Notes: generated from the letters alone by a model not told the origin. A stretch of DNA of 64,000 nucleotides from Styela clava (GCF_964204865.1 NC_135262.1:9920001-9984000), one strand, 5' to 3'; positions 39,028-51,358 are shown, counted from the first letter of the stretch. Translations and numbers: made by a program.

Positions 39028-39420
39028 TAGGGCTGGGCATTTTTGAATATCCTGTGATTTCAGAATCGAATCGAATAATTTTTCCGAATTGAATCTGGAA
39101 TACTTGAAAATATATAATTGTGAGCGACTTTTTTTTATAGTAATTAGTCCTCTTAACAAATGAATCACCGAAGACATAGAATACATCCATCAGATAGATT
39201 ACTGAGGGTTCACACACACTAACACACACGTTTTATCAATACCTCACTACAGAAAATAGTCATATGTTAGAATTGCGTTGAAAAAATATGATTTCAATGA
39301 AAAAAAATTGGGAAATTCACCTCGACCATTGGCGGGAAGAAAAAAACATGTCGGCGATTCGAAATTTAGCTCTGAACCGATTCGAATAATTTACTATTCG
39401 ATTCGAAATGCCCAGCCCTA
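39028..39420. mobile_element. Nested Ac-type hAT MITE
   Basis: TIRs TAGGGCTGGGCATTT / AAATGCCCAGCCCTA; TSD CTAAAAAC/CTAAAAC; (T)TCGAAT subterminal repeats. Confidence 0.85.
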
Positions 39421-40847
39421 CTAAAACGGACAGATAACACTGTAACTATGAAACTATGAAAACGAAGCCTGCTTGAACATCTGTCTGAGCGGCTGCAAAA
39501 ACACAGGTCATGCTGCACACTAACACAAATATATTTTTGTAACGTTTGTCTGACCAAGGTCAGACTTCTTCATAGTTCAACCTAATCGATAGCACATGTT
39601 TGGCGCCAATATAGCAACCCTGGTCTAGACACGCAATATTCCACACTTTATTTTAAAACCTTGGCAGCGAAAAAACTTGCATTTGTTACTTGATAATATG
39701 CTTTATCGGGCTTGCCCAGACTCAAATACTGTATGTGTACCAGTATATTGTATTTTGCGCATGTGAAGTACTGTATTCTCCTTGTTGCTGAACACACAAC
39801 TGGTTCGAGACAATTTTTGGGGGTATTTCAATAAAATATACATCAGACGCAATCGACTGCTCGAGACGTGGCGATCGACGTGTTTGCCACCCCCGGTGAA
39901 TTGCACGCAATCTGAATATAAAGCGAGGCTAAATAATGCACCCACTGTCTATATTCATCTTTATTTTTTTTCAGATATACTGAGATTTGTTTTTTTTCAT
40001 TCGGTAGATAAACACATTCATTAGATTTTAACTTATATACATGTTTGTTCACAATCCAGATTCCTCACCCTTCTATATGCTGTTTTATTTTTGCGAATGA
40101 ATCAAACTAAAATCTATCTAATTATATAGAAATCAATGACGCGTGACTGTTGGGAATAATTAAGTACTTCACATGCCGGTGGGCTGTCTATGATGTATAT
40201 TCGTCGTGTACTCCCAAACATCAGCTTACCCATCTCTTGCACCTATTTTATAGCCACCAACTGAAGGTCGTATAAAACATCACTGGGCAACTCAAGTATT
40301 GAATCTTCAGATAAGTGAATATTTACAACGGAGTTAATGGGGATATGATCATTGCTATTAAGCACAATATATATGCATATAATAGGCTTATACTAGTATT
40401 TTATTTATATTTAATTATGTTATTTTGATTTGATTTTAGCAATGCCAACAAAAATATAACTTTATTGTTAAAATAAAATGAAATCAATCTTATAGATATA
40501 GTTTATGGAATAGCTTGACAATCTTGATAAATATGAATCCTTCCCGTCTACTTTGCAGTGACCATCCATGCACGACGAAAAAATTGTTTGCCTGTTATCT
40601 CGTCCGTGAGTGTCAGGGAACGCGAGCCTATGTTGAACTTAAATACACTGAGTTTCTTTCTTGAAAAAAAAAGATACCACTCTCAACGATATGATTATGC
40701 ACTTTTATATAAATTTGATAAAAACATGTTTCCTGATATTATATTGGAAACGTGTGGCAAGGTGGTGTAAATTTAGTTCAGCGGTAATTATATACAATTT
40801 GTTACCGATTAATTCTTGACACGACACTCAAGCCTAAGCTCGAGTTT

Positions 40848-43800
40848 CTATTTCCAATTTTTATTCGAAGCACCTTGACATTGTCTGAAGTTGAAACAAT
40901 CAATGCCGGGGTCATAGCTATCATTTACGGAGTTTGATTTTAAAAAGTGTTGTAGATGATGTAAACTAAAGTGTTGATATGAGGAAAGAATTTTCAATAA
41001 ATAGACAGACACCAACCGCTTGCCATTCAACTAAATTCTCCCAGACCTTTCGAGAATTCTACTTAATTAATGATCAAATTTACAATTATGATACTTACGG
41101 CTGAGTGGTTATTCCGACAAGAAACAGTTCACCATTGACAACAAGTGATTTCACGAATTTTCCTTCTATAAAAGGCCATTCACTTGCAATTTCCAGACAG
41201 CTCCATGTTTCATTCGGTATATCGAACATTTGAATTCCAATATCATCTGCATTAATAATCTCAATTTAGATATTTGTAAGATAGAATATAAATATCTTCA
41301 TAGCCGTTCACGAATGTTCGGCAAACAATTGGGAATATATTTGATGAAAATCGAGATTTATAGTAAACGTGATGCATTTTATGTGATGCATTTTAGTTTA
41401 TATTACCTGAAACATATATAAAGTCGTCCAATTTAACGGCACTTCCAAGACACGTTTTAGACAACAAGTGTTTGATTTTCTGCCAAGTGTTAGATTTGCG
41501 ATCATATTTCAAGGACAAATTCAAGATATTTCCTGCGGTATCTTGACCTCCAAGACAATAGATCCCGCCTGAAAAACCACCAAACTTCAAGACATGCTGA
41601 GTTATTACCCTGTCTCATTCTATACGGAAAAACTGGATTATAAGACCAAATTAATACGCATTTTACTATACCTTTTTCAGGCACTAAAATCACAGAAGTC
41701 CTTGCAAACTCTAAATCTTGAATATATGTCCATGTCTTTTTCCTGGAATCAAACATTTCTGCAACGTACGTAGTAACAGGGAAATTTCCTCCACAGACAT
41801 AGATACAATCTAATTAAAATTTAAAATCATATTCACGGAAAGGAAAGTTGTCGAAATTAATTAGATTAATTGGCGATAATTAATTAATTAGAGACCAATT
41901 AGAGATAATTTATAAACGAGATAATTGAGTCAATTTTACTGTGATGGAGATAAAATTACATTACAAATATGGGAGCGCCAACCATTCAATGCCGCAGCAG
42001 GCGGACAGAATCCGTGGTCCTTCAACATATCAGCCATTCTTTCCAAGGTAGAAGATGAATCAGTATATTTCAGACGATAAGTTGATTTTGTACATCCTGC
42101 TAACATGTAAACGTATCCATTCAAGGAAACAATTGAAAACCATTTGCAGTTTAAATCTCTCAGTGATATCTGAAAATAACAAGATATGTAAAATTAAAAT
42201 TAAGAAGATAGAAAACATGACGTTTATTATTATATATAGAGTTATAGACAGTAAGATATATAAACCTGGATTTCCTTCCACTGTTTAGTTTCTGGATTGT
42301 AGAGGTGAAAATGCTCGGAGTATTCGTCATATATCAACATAACCTCATCTAATCAATAATATAAAATATAATATACCAGTAGATAAGCAGAGCATATATC
42401 AGATAGATCACCAGTAGATAAGCAGGTTAATTTGTTTCTTTCTATAATTTTTTTAAAATTTCAAATTATTCGAAAATGTTTAGTGATATTTTCTACATTT
42501 AAAGAATTCCGTGTCACGGGTGCCATCAAATATGGACTTTTTAAATGTTCGCTTATCCTTGGAAAACTAATTGTTTATTTAAATACAACTTTTCATGTTA
42601 TTAATTCCTTCTATAAAGTAAAATATAAAATACAATGAAAAATACCTTGCGAGGAAAAAACTACAGAATACTGGAATAACGCATGACCTTTGAGTTCATC
42701 TGCACTTGGACGTTGGTATGGTTCAAATTTCAACATTCGACTGAGCATGTTTGTGGCCTTCTTCACGTGATTTATTAAGAGCCCCTCTAGGTTTAGATTT
42801 TTATTCATTTTTATGTTATAATTCCACAAATCAGGTTCTGCACCGAATGGATGCAGTCCATTACTCCATAGAAAATACATGACAAGACCAAGAGAGAATA
42901 TATCGGCTTGTTGAGATATAATATCATGTAGATATGTTTCAGGTGCCCTGAATCCATCGGTTCCAACACGTGCAATACTTTGAGCTGTTACAGAGCAACC
43001 ATGTCGTAATTCTTTGCTCAAACCAAAATCTGTGATTTTCACGTGTAACTTATCGTGAGTGAGTAAAATATTACTAGGCTTGAGATCTCGATGAATCACG
43101 CTCTTTGAGTGTATAAACGCTAAACCATTTATTAGTTCTTTTGCCATTGAAATACGTAAAGATGCTTCGAATGATTTCCTTGATAGTTTATGTTCTTTAA
43201 CCCAACTTTCAAGATTCTGTGCGTGACATAGTTCCATTGCAATGTACATACGTTTACTAAACGGTCCTTCATTATAGACGTCTGAGTGAATAATAGACAC
43301 GACATTTGGATGATGCGCCAGCTTAAGTAGTATTTTTGCCTCTTTGATATTCTGGCTGTTATATGGGAGGAATTTGATAACAATCGGCCTCGAACCTGTG
43401 ACTATACTTTTTTGTTCGCCTCGATAAATATGTGCTCTTTCGCATATTGGATCGCTTTTGTATACACGTAAAGAATCGGATAAATCCGCAAAATCTGTAA
43501 AAAAAATTTCAAATTAAACTAATTCAAGCAAATAAAATTCAATATTGGCAAAACTTTTTCGCGATATTTTTTTTTTATTAAATCGCGATAGTTGGCTGAG
43601 TACTATATAAATTGAGGGATATCCCATTTTATACTTATATAGTATTTACCTTTTTCCGCATTTGATTCTTTTTCTTCAAGTTCTGTATCTGAAATTAAAA
43701 ATCACAAAAATTTGTGAAGTCAAGTTTTAAGCGGTTGAAAGTCAGGCTCTTCACAACCCTAAAGTGTGAGCCACTATTCACCCAGTTTCCAGAAATTATT

Positions 43801-44624
43801 TAATTGAAGCTCTGAAATGACTGATAAGGTAATTCAAAAAAGTTTCGAATACCTTTTTCATTACTTTTGTAAAACTTTTATACTAATAAAATTCTCTGCA
43901 GATTTTGCTCTATATAGTCATTTTCAAAACTTACCGTATTTGGTAATGTACGTTTTGTTGATTATCCGAGTTCCGAAATGGGCTCCTTTTAAATCTGCTC
44001 CTGCAAAGTCTGACGAAAAGACAAAATTAGAAAGCAATCTAAATTTGAATGACAATGGATTTAGAGAGCATGATATGGCGTAAGTGTAATTAATAAATGA
44101 ATAAACAAACAGCCCCAATATCAAGAATATCTTTTTGCGTAAACTTAGAGGACTTAGTTGACCCAGATATCAATTTAAACGAAACGTTTTGACTGAGCCG
44201 AAAGACATAATTGTATATCCACGAAACCCATCGAAGAAACTCACTCTAATAACGTGGAATAACGCAGGTATAGCAACTGTAAAAATGGAGACAAGACTTA
44301 CCCTGTTTTTGCAAGTTGTAATTTTTTGCTCCAATCGAAGCCCCAGAAAGATTACTTCCGTCGATGTCAACTGAAATTAAAATGCGACAATTATACAAAA
44401 ATATTCATGATGTTCTTACTTGGTGTACCATGCCATTGACTATTTTGAATTTATATTATATGTTTCTGAAACCTTCTAGAAATAAATATATCATAGCTTA
44501 AAAATTAAAACGTTTGCGAATCATCGATTAACATAATCCTATAAACAATAAACTGAAAACAAATTATTGTTTGTTTAATCAACGCAGTATTATGCTAATT
44601 ATCCTCACCAGGCTGTGTATTCAT
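40848..44624 (-). CDS. IRE1-like Ser/Thr kinase fused to C-terminal Kelch repeats, with two short N-terminal pseudo-repeats, ~627 aa, 11 exons
   Basis: Phase-compatible exons 44624-44609, 44370-44302, 44009-43935, 43688-43650, 43494-42646, 42348-42266, 42169-41983, 41809-41672, 41568-41407, 41246-41099, 40965-40848 (first and last least certain). Kinase motifs IVIK, HPNVV, AMELC, IHRDLKPSN, DFG, GTDGFRAPE, HPFG; Kelch motifs IYVCGG..FDSRKKTW and IYCLGG..YDRKSNTW. Confidence 0.82.
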
Positions 44625-45543
44625 CAGGCTAAAGGCAATTCATTTCATTGTTATAAAATTCAATCAAATCACAACAAAGTGAACTGAGACACCTTCGTAA
44701 GTAGCCTAACCCTGAACGTCAAACCTAAACCATTTATGTAAAATGGTTTAAATGTAAAATCTGTGGTGAAATTAATTCGTATGTAGTTCTTGTCAACGTG
44801 GTCATAAAAGCATAAGTTGCCAAAAATTAATTTCAGGTTTCAAACAATAGGCAGAGTAAATGAAAATTGGCACATATTCCAATGTATGCAAATTAACGAT
44901 TTGCTGGAGGAAGTTGAATAATATATTCAAATTAAAAGACAATTTTGTGACTCATATGCCGTTATGTTGGGTAATGCAGTTACACACTTGCTTTCGAGAA
45001 TAAAAAATCACGACATGTTTGATTTTTATATTATGTATACAATAAATTTTCTATATATATTGAGTATTTGCTCTTTTCTAACACTGGATTATTTTTCAAG
45101 CCGTCACAACTATTTGTAAAGATACCCGGATTCAATTGGAAGTCTTGATTTCATGATACAAAAAATGTTATACGTTTTTACCAACTTTAAATATCAATGT
45201 AAAACACAACTGCCAAATTCTATGAAAACATTCTGATGATAAACTACACGTAAGTTGAAACAACATGTCAATAACTTTGCTTACAAACATTGTTTGGCTG
45301 GGTTGTCGCCGTTTCACCATCCTGACTTTCACTTCTTAAAAGGATTCGTTGTGATTCAATGTTGTCCAATATTTCCTTGTGAGCAATAGCTACTTTTAAT
45401 ATAATATATAACTGATTACCAACACGTTGACGTTAGTTACCAAAGATTGTAATATCCTAAATTATACGTGTTGCGAAATTACTTTTTTCTTTAGAACCTT
45501 GATAATATGCATGGTATTTAATATGAACAAAGTAGCAAAACAA

Positions 45544-45870
45544 AATCGTCTTAAGAAAACCTTGCAAGGGTATAAAAATAACTAACACGTTGGGTAATCA
45601 AAAAATTGTTTATGTTTTATTTTCTTGTGCTATTCTGCAAAAACAGCGTGTTCATCGTTGAAATTGTGTCAGGTTCTAGTTTTGCAATTTAAGTGTTAAG
45701 CTTTAAAGCTTAATCGTTTTAAGAAAACCTTGCAAGGGTATAAAAATAACTAACACGTTGGGTAATCAAAAAATTGTTTATATTTTATTTTATTGTGCTA
45801 TTCTGCAAAAACAGTGTGTTCATCATTGAAATTGTGTCAGGTTCTAGTTTTGCAATTTAATTGTTAAGCT
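45544..45870. repeat. Direct tandem duplication, 168-bp period, ~2 copies
   Basis: AAGAAAACCTTGCAAGGGTATAAAAATAACTAACACG... at 45553 and 45721, near-identical. Confidence 0.9.
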
Positions 45871-46495
45871 AAAATAGTGGCAACATTCAACTTTAAATGA
45901 CGCAATGTTTCATTGTTTATTTCCGTAAGGAGTGACACAAATATAAGATGAAAAAAATTATATTAAGAAGAAAGTTACCCCCTGGTTGTTCCTCCATTTA
46001 TTAGCTGGTAGTCCAAATGCAGTTAATTTCCACTTTGTAGTATTTTATATCTAGTTTTTCTATATTAAATATAATTACTGATTTTGAATTACTAATGTTA
46101 GATAATAAAGCACTAATTCCTCTGTTCTGATAACAACTCTTATCTTCAAATTGACTTTCCAATTGCTTACTACAATGCGAGTATGTAAAGTCAATAGAGA
46201 TCTGGTAACTAGCACCACATTAGACTAGCCTATTGGCTTTATTCTTAACAATTACACATATTTGTGTCATACTTAGACTAACCAGCTTACAAAGTGGAAT
46301 CAAGGAACATTGCATGTACAGGAAGTATTAAATAAAGAGCACAGTATGAGTCAATAGCTTAACAAAGCAGTAGCATGGTCCATATGTGGCCTAATCATGA
46401 GAAAAGCAAATAATAATTCCGAAACTTAGTATAGAACAATAACATATTACTCACATAAAGCTTGGGTCGAGTAAGCATATATTTCAAGTATATTG

Positions 46496-46972
46496 CATGA
46501 TTGCCACCAGGTAAACTCATGTTGATAATAAATAAAGCACAACCGGTGTTAGCAGAACGATGTAATTTGCCGACGTTTCGAATTTCTATACAGAAAAACT
46601 TCATCAGGGCATGATATGGAAAAGACACAAGTGGATATATATAGAGAAAGAAAAGGAAAAAAATATGAAAAAAAAAATTATCATCGCGTAAACTCTAATC
46701 TAAAAGGATGATGACAAGATAACAAGTATAAACATATATAACTTGCGCTAATTTGTTTAGATATGTCATCTTGTCATCATACTTTTAAATTAGATTTTAC
46801 GCCATGACAAATCTTTGTAATATTTTTTTTCCATTTCTTTCTGTATATATATCCACTTGTGTCTTTTCCATTCCATGCCCTGGTAAAGTTTTTCTCTATA
46901 GAAATTTGAAACGTCGGCAAATTACATCGTTTTGCTAACACCCGTTGTGCTTTATTTATTTTATTACCAACG
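46496..46972. mobile_element. Penelope-like retroelement remnant: ~200-bp inverted repeat flanked by an 18-bp direct repeat
   Basis: Arms ~46521-46723 and ~46764-46971 are reverse complements; TATATTTCAAGTATATTG at 46478-46495 and 46973-46990; arms contain a hammerhead motif. Confidence 0.7.
46568..46611 (-). ncRNA. Minimal type I hammerhead ribozyme motif
   Basis: UGCC-CUGAUGA-AGUUUUUCUGUAUAGAAAUUC-GAAAC-GUC-GGCA: conserved core, stem I UGCC/GGCA, stem II UUUCU/AGAAA, palindromic ACGU stem III, GUC cleavage triplet. Confidence 0.7.
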
Positions 46973-48029
46973 TATATTTCAAGTATATTGGGAATAAGGA
47001 ATGAATATTGGGAAAAATGAAACAACAAACAAGAACATAATTAGGGCAGTTTAAAATAGAAAAGTGCCACCATTTTCTCGGTTTTTGAAAATGCTAACGC
47101 GTTCAGATCCGAGTAAATAAATACCGTCTTACTAGTCCTAGTCCTATCCTAAAATTATTAGCATTGCTCAATGAATCCTATATGAAACTATGAAATTATA
47201 CTCAGATTAATTTATTTGTATATATTTATTGTGTGAATGTATACTTATATTGTACAAATTAATAACGCGTCCTTGCAAATTGATTTGGGACTGTTCTTTG
47301 CCAAATTGGCCGATTACTGAGAAAACATTTTGCGATTTCGTTTAATACCAAAAAAAATATGAGCTGATGTTATTTTGCGCGAATAAAAAATTGCGGGATC
47401 GTATTACTGCAAACAAGGTACGTTTACGCGTTTTCTGAGAAAACAAAATTCACATTTCCGCGAAAGACCATTCTTGCAAAAGCATGTTTTTGTAAAACTA
47501 CATTCTCACAATCGTATGTTCTCGCAGATGGTGGCCCAGAATAGATGTTTGAGCAACAGCCACAAAACATTAAAACAAAAATTGAAAAATTGCTGCTTGC
47601 AAAAGATCGAAACATAATGCAACTGCATTAGCTAAATATAAAATAGTAAGCATGTTCCAACATGATGTACGAATGATAGGCCACGACATATGTAAAAAGT
47701 AGCTATTCATGTAATTTTCATCGGCGACCAAAACGCTTTCGAAATAGATACTGGATCTTAGAACTAACTTATTGATGTTATTCCAAGGATCGTGTTAGAA
47801 ATCAAAAATCAAGACGATTATTCATATAATGATCTGTGAATCATTTTTGATTCGAATTTGAGAGTTGTACAACCCAAACGTCGACGCATCTCACGCATCG
47901 CCTCGGTATAAATAGAAAGATTGCGAATGAAAGAAAACAGTATGAGTAAGAGGATTTGTCTCGGGTTTCGACGTGGAGCGAGTAGTCAAGTTGTATTTCT
48001 CGCATTTGGTAAAAATATATTTCGAAGAT

Positions 48030-48926
48030 ATGAATTGTTCTTCGAACGTCACTGCTGCACAAACTGATTTACTGCCATGGGATTTTTATGTGGATGCGTC
48101 GATTTCTTCTATTTTATTTTACATTACATTGTGTCAAATATATATATTAATCAAAAAAAGACTTTGGAAAATCCATGCAGAATCTATCAAAGACATCTTG
48201 TCACCAACAAATCTACGGTCAATTATGAGCATATGCATTGTTGTATCAGGATTTCTTTCTTTGATTAAAATGTTCAGTCAGTTAGCATTGTATTTCGACC
48301 CAGCTCATCCTGTACACTATAGCATTTCAGTTTCTTTAACAGGATTTAGTTTTATGTTTGTGTATCTTACATTATGGTTTCGTCAATCTATGTTTCATAC
48401 TGTGATCTCTTTAAAGCATCTTTCGTCAAATCCTTTAAAAATATTTAGTTATATTCAATTTTACGTTATTGTAGTTTTTAGTTTTATCTTATTTGGTATT
48501 TTTATAGCACATCAAATTATGAGCCGAGGATATTTTAGATTACCATGTTTTCCAACTTGGTATTTATTTTTAATAATATTTTATCAAGTTGAAACTCAAA
48601 TTTCAACTTTGATTCTTTTTTTGATTCCTCTCCTACGACACAGAAATAACACAAGAACAATTTCGGCATCACAAGAACCATCCGTAGTTTTCATGCGTTT
48701 ATTAAAAAGATCATTCATAATCACACCCATAACGATTGTGACTGATATTATTGCACTAGTAGTTTTATATTTTGGAGATCACTCGCTTATTTATAGCCTG
48801 AATCTGGTAATTAATTTATGTTGCGTGATATTTTGTTTCGCTGACTGGAAAGAACGGTTTCTACCTTGTTTCAATTCTTTTAAAGATTGTTGTGAACCTT
48901 ACTGCTTAAAAGACAATATACCATAA
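48030..48926 (+). CDS. Intronless 7TM GPCR-like receptor, paralog of 31857-32783, ~298 aa from ATG 48030
   Basis: MNCSSNVT N-terminus with sequons; WDFYVD, YITLCQIY, YLTLWFRQSMFH, QVETQISTLILFLIPLLRHR, INLCCVIFCFADWKER. Confidence 0.85.
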   Translation: MNCSSNVTAAQTDLLPWDFYVDASISSILFYITLCQIYILIKKRLWKIHAESIKDILSPTNLRSIMSICIVVSGFLSLIKMFSQLALYFDPAHPVHYSISVSLTGFSFMFVYLTLWFRQSMFHTVISLKHLSSNPLKIFSYIQFYVIVVFSFILFGIFIAHQIMSRGYFRLPCFPTWYLFLIIFYQVETQISTLILFLIPLLRHRNNTRTISASQEPSVVFMRLLKRSFIITPITIVTDIIALVVLYFGDHSLIYSLNLVINLCCVIFCFADWKERFLPCFNSFKDCCEPYCLKDNIP

Positions 48927-49476
48927 AACAAAATAATATTACTGCCACCAAATAAATCACCAAATCACATTTTGTACTGTCATATATTGTTTTTATTGTG
49001 TTTAATACAACTGGCTCGAACGACTGACTGTTATTGACGAATAGCAACAAACTAGACATCGTGCATTGAGTTTGCTGTCAACGACAATTACTGTTAATAT
49101 TGAATCGAAATTTAAAACTATCATAGTTCAAATTGGAAGATTGAAACTCTTATGTCCACAATATTAATGTGTTATTATTAGTTTATTTATTATGTTTTAT
49201 ATCATTCTCAGTGTAAAAAAACTTAAATAGAATTGTTGTTATTGTTACATTGCAGTCTCATAAACATCATATTTGTTCTTGACGGCAAATTGAAAAAAAT
49301 TTTTTTTCACAATTCTTCACTTAAATATTTTGTTGTTTATTGTTAAATACATGTTACGTTTGAAAATTGTGGTAAGATTTAGTTGAGAAGATGCGCAATA
49401 TATTGATACTCAAATTTGGAATAACCCTCAGAATGAGTTATGAACTTATGACAAGTTGCAAGAAGAAACTTTAGAT

Positions 49477-50946
49477 CAGGGGTCACCAAACTTTTTTGAC
49501 CGCGGGCCGGGTATGACTCAAATTGTGTTGAAACGGGCCGGATGAATATTTTTGTCAATGCAATACAATAAATTCACAAATGTTGGTAATATCGCAGAAT
49601 ATAGATCGAGAACATCCTAGGAAAAAAATTAACAAGATTTCTATATCTAGACAATTATCCTGAGTTTAGCTGTTATCAAAACGTTGCTGTCATGAATTAG
49701 AAATGTTACAAAATCCGCGGCAAAAAATGTACGCATCACGTCTGCTCGTAAATATATACTACTACGGTCTGCTAAGTACCGTTACGCCGAGTTGAAATAC
49801 CTCTCATAAAAACGAGCTGTAAAAACCTGCTGTAGCTTGGAATTCTATGAAATTTTGACATAATTTAGATAAAATAAACAACTATTATCTGGTATTCGAT
49901 TTTTTTCATTAGCGCATAAATTTCCCAACATTCGACGCTTTTAAAAATTACGCTCCAGTTATACGTAGTGCAAATTAATGATATTGTCTATGGACACCAA
50001 TAAAATGTATGTGGACGTGTGTATTTCTTTCCTAACTTGATACAATTTTTATGAAGTTCGTACAATCAGCACATCGTTAAATATTACCCACAATGAACCA
50101 CTGTCAAACTATCATGCACAACTCCAGCGTTTATTTGCGACGATCTTTCGGCGGTGTCAATGACCGTTGCCAGAATAAAATTCTGAAATAGTCTCAATAT
50201 ACCATAGATGTGACGCACATCGAAAGATTAGTGATTGATATGTGTTATTTTTCCATATTTAGTTCAGTTCTTATCAAAAAAGTAATACAATCATTATGGA
50301 AAAAATTGGCCTGTCGGGCGGTACTAAAATACCGATATCTCCGTTATTTCTTGACCGTTTATTATAAACTTGGTATTGTTTTCTATTTTTACTCAGATCT
50401 TTCCACTGGAGCAGTTTTTATTTAAATCGGATGGACTTCAATTTTTTTTGTAACATACCTACATGAATATCCGCATTAAAGCAGTACAAAAGTTAGTGTG
50501 GCTTTTGAAAGTGGAGCAGTACGCGAGGGATTACAGTACTGCACAAAATGCACATTCGACGTTTATTTTAGCACAAAAAACAAACAGATTTGTCGAAAGC
50601 ACGCGCCACGAGTGTACAAGTGTATCGCAGAAAACGTTACGTTATGGTAGCATTCAAAGTCGCAAAAACGAAGTTTTGTTTACAACCACGACTGAAAATC
50701 TGTCAGGGTGACAAAAGTGTCTGAGCGGACGCGGAAATGCCTATTATTACGTCACTTTTATGCATCTTGCCGATTGGCCAATGTTACGAAATAAACAAAG
50801 ACGACGATGCTCGTGAAAATCTCTCTTAGAAAAAAATTTAGCCATTTTTGTGTGTTATTGCGGACCGGATAAAATGACGCCGCGGGCCGGATAAAATGAC
50901 GTCGCGGGCCGGATCCGGCCCGCGGGCCGTAGTTTGGTGACCCCTG
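49477..50946. mobile_element. Non-autonomous hAT element, copy 1 (~1.47 kb)
   Basis: TIRs CAGGGGTCACCAAACT / AGTTTGGTGACCCCTG; perfect TSD CTTTAGAT; CGCGGGCCGG subterminal repeats. Confidence 0.92.
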
Positions 50947-51358
50947 CTTTAGATAAAGTAAATGCACAAAATTCATGTTTAATGATTGGAGAGTGTAGAC
51001 ATATAAATAAAATTTCAAATTGACAATAAAATTCACAAAAATAAATACAAGTTGAAAAATTAAAATCTGAAATGCCTGATTTGTTTTCAACTGTACCACT
51101 ACTCTATACAACGCAGGTCGCCAACTACATAACATGTCAGTTTCAATTGCGAATTCCTCATATTGTCAACTTTTCAAACATTGCCCCTTTTTTTTGTATA
51201 TAGTACCTTTATATATATATATAAATATTACGATACAAGCTTTTATTTAGGCTGGTATCATTACTAATGCTACTTCTTTTATTTTCAGTATAACCAAGTG
51301 TTGATATTTATAACAGAATTCTGAAAAACGATCTTTAAAACGTCAAATATATATGAAA

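Larger units (their letters stand above)
38072..39622. mobile_element. Non-autonomous hAT element hosting two nested elements
   Basis: TIRs CAGGGTTGCCAT / ATAGCAACCCTG; perfect TSD GTCTAGAC. Confidence 0.88.

Noticed and set aside
44409-44440. Alternative first exon (ATG GTA CAC CAA|GTAAG) for the kinase-Kelch gene
   Set aside because: Wrong phase; leads to stops in the following exons, whereas 44624-44609 is phase-compatible.
45226-45275. Second hammerhead-like string CTGATGA...GAAAC AACAT GTC
   Set aside because: Stem II closing pair is U-U and stem I is only 3 A-U pairs; likely chance or heavily decayed.
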